Shown here piece after piece: positions 16,746 to 25,019 of a stretch of 25,019 bases of DNA. Each line of letters begins with the position of its first letter. The first letter of the stretch is position 1. Origin of the DNA: a virus. Taxonomy: Duplodnaviria > Caudoviricetes. The position numbers and the translations under genes were made by a program. The notes under the pieces were generated by a model that ran no database searches, had not been told where the DNA came from, and was given only the letters and a program-made list of their open reading frames with translations. Location of the stretch: the IMG/VR virus record IMGVR_UViG_3300005805_000455, positions 1 to 25,019 of that record. One strand, given 5' to 3'.

Positions 16746-18140
16746 TTATATTTTTATTCCGGAGAAATCCCTTTGCTTAAACATTTTATTGAAAGAATAA
16801 TCCTCAAGGTCTTCGGAATCCAAATTTATACCAGAGTCAGCAACATCAATCTGTGCTGATGATTCTACATCATACAATCTCATCTTAGCTCTGTCCACAC
16901 CAATCATAAAACGCTTATGAAAGGACGGGTCATTGTACCTATTTTTCAATTGCTTGACCATCAACTGGTTGAGTTGCTCCAATTCTTCTGTACTAATTAG
17001 AGCAAACATAAAATCTGCCGTAGCTGGTAGACCGAAAGATTCGGATGTGTCTGTCAAATCTACATCAGTGTTAGAATAACCAGATCTGGTTGTCTGAGTA
17101 GCTGACACGACAGGTAAATTAAATTCCACAGCGAGACCACGTAACTCTTCTGCAATTGCTTTTACATAGGTATATGAATTTACAGAACCTCCTGGTTTAA
17201 ATCTAGACGAAGCACAAATATTTAGGTAATCTATGAATAAGATATCTGGTTTGAATTTCTTCTTCAACGAAAGCTCATTTAAAAGGGACTTAAAGTGACC
17301 TGCATGCGCAGAAGCAGTGGGGTACTCTTTAACAATAAGTTTACCAGTAGTTTTTTCAGAAAACTTACCCAGTCTTTTGTCAAACATTTGTTTTGGTAAA
17401 TCTTTAATCTGATCTAGTTCAATATTGAGCAAGTTTGCATCGAGTCTTTCTGCAATCTTCTCTTCAGCCATTTCCATAGTTACATACAGGACATTCTTGC
17501 CTTGTGAAAGGCAGCTAGATGCCATATGACACATGAATAAAGATTTACCAACGCCAGTTCCCGCCAAAACTATGTTTAAAGTCTTGTTTGGTAGTCCTCC
17601 CTGCGTAATCCTGTTAAACATTTCAAGATCGAAAGGGATCTTAGATTCGCTTTTGTGGTAAAAAGCAAAGCGCTGATCTGCATCCTCAAAGTAATCATGA
17701 CCAACGGAATTGTCAAAGCAAACACCAAGTGCCTCTTGCAAAAGAGACGGAATACCATCCTTTGTGTGCTGCTTATCCTTTCCATCCAAAATCTGAATAG
17801 AATGAACGATAGCGTTATAGACAGCTTTATCTTTGCAGAACTTCTCGGTCTGTTCTACCAACCATTCTTGGTCTGAGTTTTCATGGGCGTTGAGACTTTT
17901 AATAAGATCAAGAGAATCTTTAAACTGGCCTTCTCCTGTGTTGGAATTTTGTAACGATATTTCTAATGCTTCTAAGGTAGGACTTTTGTTGTATTTCTTT
18001 ACAAACTGCTCAATGAGATTGTAAACAGTTTTGTCAGTATTGTCAGTAAAGTAATCTTCTTTTAGAAATGGTATGACTCGTCGTACATATTCCTCATTGT
18101 GAACCAGGTTCTTTAGTATCGTTGTCTCGATTCTCGTCAT
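16746..18140 (-). CDS. gp41: Replicative DNA helicase (T4 gp41, DnaB-like)
   Basis: Walker A AGTGVGKS, FIDYLNI, SATQTTR, SESFGLP and QLKNRY. The likely start is MTRIET at 18140. Confidence 0.96.
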   Translation of the reverse strand: MTRIETTILKNLVHNEEYVRRVIPFLKEDYFTDNTDKTVYNLIEQFVKKYNKSPTLEALEISLQNSNTGEGQFKDSLDLIKSLNAHENSDQEWLVEQTEKFCKDKAVYNAIVHSIQILDGKDKQHTKDGIPSLLQEALGVCFDNSVGHDYFEDADQRFAFYHKSESKIPFDLEMFNRITQGGLPNKTLNIVLAGTGVGKSLFMCHMASSCLSQGKNVLYVTMEMAEEKIAERLDANLLNIELDQIKDLPKQMFDKRLGKFSEKTTGKLIVKEYPTASAHAGHFKSLLNELSLKKKFKPDILFIDYLNICASSRFKPGGSVNSYTYVKAIAEELRGLAVEFNLPVVSATQTTRSGYSNTDVDLTDTSESFGLPATADFMFALISTEELEQLNQLMVKQLKNRYNDPSFHKRFMIGVDRAKMRLYDVESSAQIDVADSGINLDSEDLEDYSFNKMFKQRDFSGIKI

Positions 18141-18429
18141 TAAACTTCTCCTGTTCAAACGTCTCTATTGCTTCTTTGATAATATCATTCATAATTAAAC
18201 TGAATTGTGTCTTAAACAGTTCACCCTGCATATCTTCTTCAGTTAGGATTGAAGGTTTAAAAATAACATGATAGTCACAAGTTAGATTATCGTCTTTAAC
18301 TTCATCAGATACAGCAACATTTTCAACTTGTACTACAACCCCTTTGAATTCACCAGAGATTATTTCAAATCCCCATTGTCCTTCTTCTTTTTGGGTAAAC
18401 CAAGGCACATATAGATCATTCCTCAACAT
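18094..18429 (-). CDS. gp40-like head vertex assembly chaperone (by synteny)
   Basis: Small acidic protein between uvsX and gp41, the position of T4 gene 40. The likely start is MLRND at 18429. Confidence 0.55.
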   Translation of the reverse strand: MLRNDLYVPWFTQKEEGQWGFEIISGEFKGVVVQVENVAVSDEVKDDNLTCDYHVIFKPSILTEEDMQGELFKTQFSLIMNDIIKEAIETFEQEKFNDENRDNDTKEPGSQ

Positions 18430-19477
18430 TTGCATACTCCTGTTCAATTTCTTCAGAACTAAAATCTTTAGACATTAATTCAGAACTTGATATCTGGTAA
18501 CTCTTTGTAATATAATCTTGAAAGTCTTTAGATGCTAATACAGGCAGCCAAAAGTCTTTGCTGTAGGTATCTTTAGCTCTGAACTTTTGTTCTTCGCCTT
18601 TACGAGCATACCAGCCGTTAGATGGTTTAACTACAAAGCCACCTTCAATAGCAACATCTAACAATCCAGACCATTTGCTGATACCACCTTCAAATGATAC
18701 TTCAACTGGGATCTTAGATTTCTCTCTCACATGACGGGACTTCTCAACATTAATAATAAAATTGTAGCCAGTTAGTTCAGTACCATCTTTTTCTTGCTGA
18801 CGACCAATAATAAAGATGTTATCGGCTGAATAGTACACTCCAGTACCACCAGACACAATATCTTTAGGAAACATGCCAATCTCTTTGTAGGTATGGTTCA
18901 CTACAACCATTGGAATGTCTTTGAGGGTTAGATGAGGTGTAATCATACGGAACAAAGACTTTAATTGCTTTGCTCTACTCATATCAGCAACGGACTTACC
19001 GTCCAATGCATCTTCTACTTCTTTACGAGATGCTAAGTTGCCTACAGAGTCAACAATAATGATAACATGATCGCCACGTTCGAAATTACTAAGCTGAGCC
19101 ATAGCATCGTGCTTAAGCTGTTCAATATCAGTAATTGGGGTGTGGACGACTTTATCAGTGTCGATACCGAATGAGTGAAAATAGGCCTGAGGAGAACCAA
19201 ACTCACTATCGTAGAAAAGAACCACAGCATCATCATACTTCTCCAAATAAGACTTAGCAAGCAATAAAGCAAATGCAGTCTTGAAGTGTTTAGAAGGTCC
19301 AGCAAAGACTGTTAAGCCTGGTGTTAGACCTCCATCAAGTTTACCAGAAAGTGCCACATTAATCATGGGCACCGGCGTTTGTATCATATCTTTAGCATTA
19401 AAGAACTTTGACTCTGATAAGATGTTGGTATCTTTAATAGTCGAATTCTTCTTTATCTTCTCAAGCAAATTGTTCAT
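18416..19477 (-). CDS. uvsX: RecA-like recombinase UvsX
   Basis: AGPSKHFKT Walker A variant, YDSEFG, VDSVGNL, VNHTY and GGTG. Confidence 0.95.
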   Translation of the reverse strand: MNNLLEKIKKNSTIKDTNILSESKFFNAKDMIQTPVPMINVALSGKLDGGLTPGLTVFAGPSKHFKTAFALLLAKSYLEKYDDAVVLFYDSEFGSPQAYFHSFGIDTDKVVHTPITDIEQLKHDAMAQLSNFERGDHVIIIVDSVGNLASRKEVEDALDGKSVADMSRAKQLKSLFRMITPHLTLKDIPMVVVNHTYKEIGMFPKDIVSGGTGVYYSADNIFIIGRQQEKDGTELTGYNFIINVEKSRHVREKSKIPVEVSFEGGISKWSGLLDVAIEGGFVVKPSNGWYARKGEEQKFRAKDTYSKDFWLPVLASKDFQDYITKSYQISSSELMSKDFSSEEIEQEYANVEE

Positions 19478-19485
19478 AATGTTCC

Positions 19486-19905
19486 TTAGTTACACCAAGA
19501 TTGTTTAGCTTCTCCGTAGTATTCACGCGCAAGACCAGCTTTGATCAAAGAGTCTCTAAGACTTACACCGTCAAGTATTAAGTCTCCTAAGACACGTCCT
19601 CCAAACTTATCCCATTCTTTAATTATAATCTGTCTCTGTGTAGATTTCAACACTAACTGTTTTGTAAGCTCAGTTGCCTTTAACCCAAGTTCGTTTTCCT
19701 TAGGACATTGTGCTCTGTGACCTTTCTCAGGAGTATCAACACCAAGTACCCTCAATCTTAATAATGGCTTAAGTGGAGGTGGCAAAAACTTAGCTTCAAA
19801 CTCTACAGTGTCTCCGTCAAGAACTCTAGTAATCTTGAAGTCGTAAGGATTTGCAAAAGATGTAACAGAAAATAAAAGCAGGAATGAAAGTAATAGTGAT
19901 TTCAT
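19486..19905 (-). CDS. Staphylococcal-nuclease-like (thermonuclease) protein with signal peptide
   Basis: RVLDGDT, RVLGVDTPE, DKFGGRVLG and GLAREY. The start MKSLLLSFLLLFSVTSFA overlaps the pol stop (ATGA). Confidence 0.85.
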   Translation of the reverse strand: MKSLLLSFLLLFSVTSFANPYDFKITRVLDGDTVEFEAKFLPPPLKPLLRLRVLGVDTPEKGHRAQCPKENELGLKATELTKQLVLKSTQRQIIIKEWDKFGGRVLGDLILDGVSLRDSLIKAGLAREYYGEAKQSWCN

Positions 19906-22412
19906 GAAAATAACCCTTCTAATGTGGCTTGTTCTTTGATTTGCCACCCAACACTTTTCAATAAAGAGGTAAGTGGTTCCAGATAAGACTTCTCAAACAT
20001 TAAATCATAGTCTATGTAGTCTCGTATGTTGAACTCTTCCGGAATTGCATTTGAGAAAGTTAACACATGAGATCCAATTGGATTTGGTTCCTTAAGATAC
20101 AAAAACTTAATCTTATCGCCCTCAAGAATAGTTTGATACTTCTTGTCAAGTTTCTTTGCTTTTACCAAATGATTGAATATCAAAGCACCTCGTACATGGA
20201 TAGGTGTAGACTTTTTAAAGATAGTACTGGGGTCACTATAGGCACCAACGTTGTTTACTGTTCTTGGGAAAGCAATTTGTTCTGGAGGAAGTTTAAACCA
20301 ACGAGTCTCCAGTTCACCAACATACTTCTTAAGTGTCTCTTCGTCTTTTGTAAGAACAATCTTAACTGACTCTTTTAATGCTTCACGGACAGAGGCTGGT
20401 GTAGATGATCTAACAATCTCCATACCTTGAATCTTTAGCTTTGGAGGATCGTATGCAACACCTTCTGAGTTGTGAACATTAAGAGCATAACGCTTTTTAG
20501 CTAGCCATACACCCCTGTCAGCAATAACCTCTCGCTTGAACGATATCTTTTCTTGATAAACGTTCAGATATTCAAACACCTCTTCACAAGCCTTGTCAAA
20601 TACAACAGATAAAGATGTATCACAAAGTTTGTTTATTGAGTCAACTACCTCTCTGGTATCTTTACCAGCAAAATACTTCTTAACATACTTACCTAAAGTA
20701 AAGTATGTCGAGTCTGTATCTGAATAGAAAGAATAGTCAATGTCTTTAGTATCACATTTAAGGTTTAAGAATTCATTTAATCTCTTGGCTACGTGACGAA
20801 TTACATACTGGCCAGTCATTGTAATGCCTTCAGCAATCCTAACATCGTAGTATCTAAAGTACACATTGCCAGAAGCACCGTAAAGGCTATTCATAAGAAT
20901 CTTAGCAGCCATCTGCTTAGAGTTTAGACTTGTAACATGCTTTAGATGGAACTCATCACCAGTCTCAGAATATCTTTGCTGCGCAGCAATCATCTCCTTT
21001 TTAACTTTTTGACGCATTGAGAAGTAATAATCAATCAGCTCTGGCAAGATACCTTTCTTCTCTTTACTGAAGCACTGACCATTTGCAACCATTGCTACAT
21101 TCTTAGATGCAAGTTGATTTGTGTTAACTTTCTTATCCAGCAACTTAACAATTGAACTTTCATCGTCAGTTAAGAACTTCATTCCATCTACCAATGTCTC
21201 TGGTGACATATTAAAGCTCATCATGATAGACGGATACAGAGAAGTAGCATCGTAAGATACAATCCAGTCATACGCTGCTGGCTCTACTTCTTTTACAAAA
21301 GCACCAAGGATCTGTCTATCTTGTGATGGATCAATAGCAGGTGGATTGTGAACTATAATGTCTTTCTTTAACAAAGCGTTGTAGATAATACAATCCCAAG
21401 TCCGTACTGAAGAATAGATGTCCATGAAGTTACACTTTGCATCATAGGCCATCGTAAGAATAAGATTAATTAGTTTCATCTTATCTTCAAGTTGGTCTAC
21501 AAGCTCAACGTCGACAACGTTATACTCTACAAACAGTTTCCAGTCTTTTGTGTAGAACTCTCTAAACGAACCATACTCATGTTTTACCTTCTGCTTACCC
21601 AATTCTTCTTTCGATATGTAATCCAAAGAATATGATTCTTGAGTCTTAAACGAGAATTTCTTATAGAGGTCCATATAATCGAGAACCGAGACCCCATACC
21701 AGTTGAAAGCAATGGCAGTTCTACCTTTTGCATACGGAACTTCAAACTGTTCTGTGAATCCATAAGGTGAGCACTCGTTAAGTGCTTTTTCCCCAAGCAC
21801 TCGTTGGATCCTTGATGAGAGATATGCAATGTCAAACAACTGCACATTCCAACCAGTTATGACATCTGGATAATCTCTCTTAAAAAAGTCAATAAACTTT
21901 CTCAATAAATCAAATTCATCCTTACACTCAACATAGGTAAGGTTGTCTTGTTGAGATAAAAAAGGTTTACACCCAAACGATGTAAGCTCTTTAGTGTTGA
22001 AGTCTTGAATGGTTATAAGCAAGACTTGTTCTTGAGCTGTTCTTGGGTCAGGAAATCCGTACTCAGTAGAAGTCTCAATGTCGACTGTCACAATCTTCAT
22101 TACAGACATATCAAATTCTATATCATGTGGAAACAACTTACTAATAAACTGGTACTTGTAATTTAAATTTCCATAAATGGGAAAATTGCTTACCTCTTTA
22201 TAGTTATTTACAAACTCTCTTGCTTCCGAGATTGATATGAATTTTAACCGCTCAAGATTCTCACCCTGAAGAGACTTGTACTTAGAAGATTTACCAGTGC
22301 GAACAAACAGACTTGGTTCAAAAGGTATCTTACTACTTACTCTTTTACCATCTTTGAACCCACGAAAATAAATGTGATTGCCACGATTATGAACATTTGT
22401 GTAAAAGAACAT
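19902..22412 (-). CDS. gp43: Family B DNA polymerase (T4 gp43-like)
   Basis: Exo motifs DIET, GWNVQLFD and YNVVD; pol motifs DATSLYPS, KILMNSLYG, YSDTDS and KKRY. The start is at 22412 or 22421. Confidence 0.97.
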   Translation of the reverse strand: MFFYTNVHNRGNHIYFRGFKDGKRVSSKIPFEPSLFVRTGKSSKYKSLQGENLERLKFISISEAREFVNNYKEVSNFPIYGNLNYKYQFISKLFPHDIEFDMSVMKIVTVDIETSTEYGFPDPRTAQEQVLLITIQDFNTKELTSFGCKPFLSQQDNLTYVECKDEFDLLRKFIDFFKRDYPDVITGWNVQLFDIAYLSSRIQRVLGEKALNECSPYGFTEQFEVPYAKGRTAIAFNWYGVSVLDYMDLYKKFSFKTQESYSLDYISKEELGKQKVKHEYGSFREFYTKDWKLFVEYNVVDVELVDQLEDKMKLINLILTMAYDAKCNFMDIYSSVRTWDCIIYNALLKKDIIVHNPPAIDPSQDRQILGAFVKEVEPAAYDWIVSYDATSLYPSIMMSFNMSPETLVDGMKFLTDDESSIVKLLDKKVNTNQLASKNVAMVANGQCFSKEKKGILPELIDYYFSMRQKVKKEMIAAQQRYSETGDEFHLKHVTSLNSKQMAAKILMNSLYGASGNVYFRYYDVRIAEGITMTGQYVIRHVAKRLNEFLNLKCDTKDIDYSFYSDTDSTYFTLGKYVKKYFAGKDTREVVDSINKLCDTSLSVVFDKACEEVFEYLNVYQEKISFKREVIADRGVWLAKKRYALNVHNSEGVAYDPPKLKIQGMEIVRSSTPASVREALKESVKIVLTKDEETLKKYVGELETRWFKLPPEQIAFPRTVNNVGAYSDPSTIFKKSTPIHVRGALIFNHLVKAKKLDKKYQTILEGDKIKFLYLKEPNPIGSHVLTFSNAIPEEFNIRDYIDYDLMFEKSYLEPLTSLLKSVGWQIKEQATLEGLFS

Positions 22413-22419
22413 AGGTACC

Positions 22420-22427
22420 AATAAATA
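22420..22427 (+). promoter_or_regulatory. Possible late promoter AATAAATA for the plus-strand genes
   Basis: One mismatch to TATAAATA, about 35 bp upstream of the ATG at 22462, which has SD GAGG. Confidence 0.45.
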
Positions 22428-22461
22428 TAGATGGGAGAAGTATTAACATAGAGAGGAAAAA

Positions 22462-23400
22462 ATGAAGAAAACCGCCTTAGGTCTTTTCTTCGTCATGTAT
22501 TCGTCATTAGTATATAGCCAAACATATGATTCGACAACGTTAGTTGACACAAACAATAACAGCACATCAACGAGTACCGTTAACAGTAACAATACAAACA
22601 TCAACACTAACAACAACATTAACGACACTACCGTTAACAGCACGGCTACAAATACAAACATAAACACAAATAACAGTACTTCTACGAGTACGAGCGTCAA
22701 CACAAATAATAATATTAATAGCAGCACAAGTACCTCTACAAGCACGAGTGTAAACACTAATGTAAACAATAGTACCAGCAATTCCACAAATGTCAACACT
22801 AATGTTAACACAATTGATAGTAACTCAGTAAATCTGAATAACAATAATAATGTGAATACAAGCACTTCCACAAGCAACAATGTAAACACAAACAATAACG
22901 TTAATTCAAGCACAAGTACGTCTGAGCAAAAGGTAGATTCAAATAACAGAAACGATAACTACAATCGTTCTGATATTAACCAGAGAGTTGAATCGCCACC
23001 ACCAAGTGCAATTTCACCTTCGATGATGAGTGGCGGTAACTCTGATCTATGTACTACAGGTGTTTCAGGCGCCATTCAAACTCAGATTCTTGGTATATCT
23101 GGTGGTGCTACAGTTCGAGATATGAACTGCGAAAGATTAAAACTTTCTAAGACACTTTATGATATGGGCATGAAGGTAGCAGCAGTTGCTACTATGTGTC
23201 AAGATAGAAGAGTCTGGGATGCAATGATGGCAGCAGGTACTCCATGTCCAGTAGATGGTCGTATAGGAGAAGCAGCCAAAACAATATGGAACGAAAATCC
23301 AGATAGAGTTCCACCACCAGTAGAGGAAAAGAAAGATGAAACTACTAAGTCATTTGGTCTTGGGCTTGGTTTTCTTGGGTTGCTTTTACTCCTACTCTGA
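22462..23400 (+). CDS. Exported protein with an Asn/Ser/Thr low-complexity stalk, Cys-containing domain and hydrophobic C-terminus
   Basis: Signal peptide MKKTALGLFFVMYSSLVYS, about 140 aa of N/S/T repeats, PPPSAISP...C...C...C...CP and a C-terminal FGLGLGFLGLLLLLL. Confidence 0.85.
   Translation: MKKTALGLFFVMYSSLVYSQTYDSTTLVDTNNNSTSTSTVNSNNTNINTNNNINDTTVNSTATNTNINTNNSTSTSTSVNTNNNINSSTSTSTSTSVNTNVNNSTSNSTNVNTNVNTIDSNSVNLNNNNNVNTSTSTSNNVNTNNNVNSSTSTSEQKVDSNNRNDNYNRSDINQRVESPPPSAISPSMMSGGNSDLCTTGVSGAIQTQILGISGGATVRDMNCERLKLSKTLYDMGMKVAAVATMCQDRRVWDAMMAAGTPCPVDGRIGEAAKTIWNENPDRVPPPVEEKKDETTKSFGLGLGFLGLLLLLL
22540..22975 (+). repeat. Low-complexity coding repeats (NTNINTNNN / STSTSTS)
   Basis: Repeated AAC/AAT/ACA/AGC codons, visible in both the DNA and the protein. 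Confidence 0.85.
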
Positions 23401-25019
23401 CGCACAGACCGAAACAACTGGTAACTTAGTTACCAATACAAGGTCAGCCTGGGAAGGTTGCTCTACTGCTACCTCTGGCGCTTTTTGGGGAGGTTACTCA
23501 GGAGGACCTTGTCCTGGTATTGACGGATCTGGACAGATTATATTCAGTTATGGCCAATATACATTGACTCAGAATATTAATCTTCCACTTGTGCTTGGTA
23601 ATTCACCAATTCAAATTGAAGGATACAATTATAGTTGGTGGGTAAAGAATTCTAACATCAACGGCCAACAGCCAGGAAGCTTTGACCCTGTTGCTCTTAT
23701 TAATGTTTCCCTATACAACAGAGATGGCTCTATAGCTGTGAGCGATAATTACAATTATGGGTACCATCTTACACAATGGACAAATTTTTCTGGAAGTAGA
23801 ACTTATGATTCATTATACTCTTTAACACAGGTAGATAGACTATCCCTTTCTATAACATCAAGAGATTCAGGATATTGGGCAGGATACTATGGACCAGAGT
23901 TTTCTAATTTTTCTCTTTCTGTAAGATATTCGGTTGATGTTTGTTCAATCGATCCATTAAGTAACACATCGTGCCCTGGATACCAACAAGCATGGGAACA
24001 ATATCAATACGATCTTGCTTGCTCTGCTAATCCACTATACGATCTTGGCTGTCCTGGATTCCAGCAAGAACTTGAATCTCAAGTATGTTCTGTACTGGGT
24101 CCTTTAGCAAATCTATTTTGTCCAGGGTACGCAGAAGCATTGGCATTCCAACAAGCATGTTCTGCCAATCCTCTATACGATCCATCATGTGATGGATACG
24201 GTGCTGCAATGGCTGCTAAGTTGCAGAAAGAAGAAGTAAAAGAAGAACCTGTTGTAATTGAGACTGCAAAGCAAACTACAATAGAAGACACGACCAAAGC
24301 GGAAACAACAGTAGATGTTGGTGGTGTAGAATTAAGTACTACAGGAGAACTATCAGTTCCAGATGGCAAACCCGAAGTGCTAAAAGAAGTCTCAATTAAA
24401 GAAGAAGAAAAAGAGAAAGAAGTAAAAGAGGTTGATAGAAATCTCCTAATGTCTATCGTGAGAGAAGCAACAGATACAACTGCTGCAATGAGAGTAGTAA
24501 ATCAATCTATTGAACAGTCTATGTCAGAAGATGCCAATCCAGATTTCTCTGGCACTTCAGAAGCACTTATGTCTATCTCCACAGTGGCAACTCAAAGTTT
24601 TGAGATTGCAATGAAAGATGAAAAGAAAGAAGAACAGTTATTTGATTCAAGTGTTGCTGAAGAAGAAAAGAAAGAAGTTGTTAGAGACAATCTACAGACC
24701 TTTGCAGAAAAGGACGCCGAAAAAGAGTCTGATGAAAAAGTAACAATACTAAATGTTGATTCTAACAATCTTGTTGATCTTTCAAATCAAGTAAAAGTAG
24801 AGATTAAAGAAGAAGTAAAAGAGGACAAGGTAACAGTAAAAAAAGATGTGCAAGAAAATGAGGCAGCTTCAGGGGTAAATTTAGCTGATCTTACAAAAAA
24901 TCAACTAGATATTACAGCGTATACCAATCAAGCATTGAAGGATACGCAGTTTTATAAATCTGAGGAAATCTACAAGAATCAAACGGTGACTGACAATAGA
25001 AGGGCACAAAGAATACTTA
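23336..25019 (+). CDS. Large exported protein with a beta-sandwich domain, four Cys-pair repeats and an acidic tail (runs off right edge; not in ORF track)
   Basis: Manual translation from the ATG at 23336: MKLLSHLVLGLVFLGCFYSYSDAQTETTGNLV...DSGYWAGYYGPEF...CSIDPLSNTSCPGY...; the frame appears open to the window end. Confidence 0.85.
   Translation, partial: MKLLSHLVLGLVFLGCFYSYSDAQTETTGNLVTNTRSAWEGCSTATSGAFWGGYSGGPCPGIDGSGQIIFSYGQYTLTQNINLPLVLGNSPIQIEGYNYSWWVKNSNINGQQPGSFDPVALINVSLYNRDGSIAVSDNYNYGYHLTQWTNFSGSRTYDSLYSLTQVDRLSLSITSRDSGYWAGYYGPEFSNFSLSVRYSVDVCSIDPLSNTSCPGYQQAWEQYQYDLACSANPLYDLGCPGFQQELESQVCSVLGPLANLFCPGYAEALAFQQACSANPLYDPSCDGYGAAMAAKLQKEEVKEEPVVIETAKQTTIEDTTKAETTVDVGGVELSTTGELSVPDGKPEVLKEVSIKEEEKEKEVKEVDRNLLMSIVREATDTTAAMRVVNQSIEQSMSEDANPDFSGTSEALMSISTVATQSFEIAMKDEKKEEQLFDSSVAEEEKKEVVRDNLQTFAEKDAEKESDEKVTILNVDSNNLVDLSNQVKVEIKEEVKEDKVTVKKDVQENEAASGVNLADLTKNQLDITAYTNQALKDTQFYKSEEIYKNQTVTDNRRAQRIL

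Noticed and set aside
16746-22412. Inteins, introns or homing endonucleases in pol, uvsX or helicase
   Set aside because: The proteins have normal lengths and continuous motifs.
22443-22913. 156-aa very hydrophobic minus-strand ORF (L/V-rich)
   Set aside because: It is the reverse-complement artefact of the Asn/Thr/Ser codon repeats in the plus-strand gene.
22540-22975. Repeats considered as a CRISPR array or origin iterons
   Set aside because: They are degenerate, codon-phased and lack a constant repeat-spacer period.
24027-24369. Minus-strand ORFs of 60 and 96 aa
   Set aside because: They are antisense shadows of the long plus-strand gene starting at 23336.
1-25019. Genome-wide stop-codon reassignment (TGA=Gly/Trp or TAG=Gln)
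   Set aside because: Core genes are intact in the standard code. TGA ends pol, uvsX and others at the expected lengths, in some cases (e.g. pol) as ATGA overlaps, and TAG ends the primase.

Overview
This window is a 25-kb piece of a large T4-like (myovirus) dsDNA phage genome. It is AT-rich and almost entirely minus-strand coding. The host is Gram-negative, because a spanin pair is present. Reading the minus strand from right to left: family-B DNA polymerase (gp43), a secreted SNase-type nuclease, UvsX, a gp40-like gene, gp41 helicase, an HExxH protein and a small HTH protein with a structured 5' leader and 3' trailer. Next comes a ~9.7-kb late-promoter-driven block: a PD-(D/E)xK-like protein, a ligase-motif protein, a gene broken by an in-frame TGA, virion-like proteins and an HxGH nucleotidyltransferase polyprotein. 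Several of these carry T4-style capsid-targeting N-termini. The block is followed by primase gp61, ThyX, i/o-spanins, an Ig-like protein, PAAR, NrdA and a partial NrdB. At the right end, two divergent plus-strand genes encode exported proteins; the second is missing from the supplied ORF track. The best candidates for new biology are a probable capsid-packaged and injected nuclease/ligase/nucleotidyltransferase set, RNA structures around the HTH gene (a pseudoknot and an anti-SD stem-loop), the in-frame TGA gene and the exported Cys-repeat/lectin-like pair. All family assignments come from motif recognition by eye; no database searches were run.
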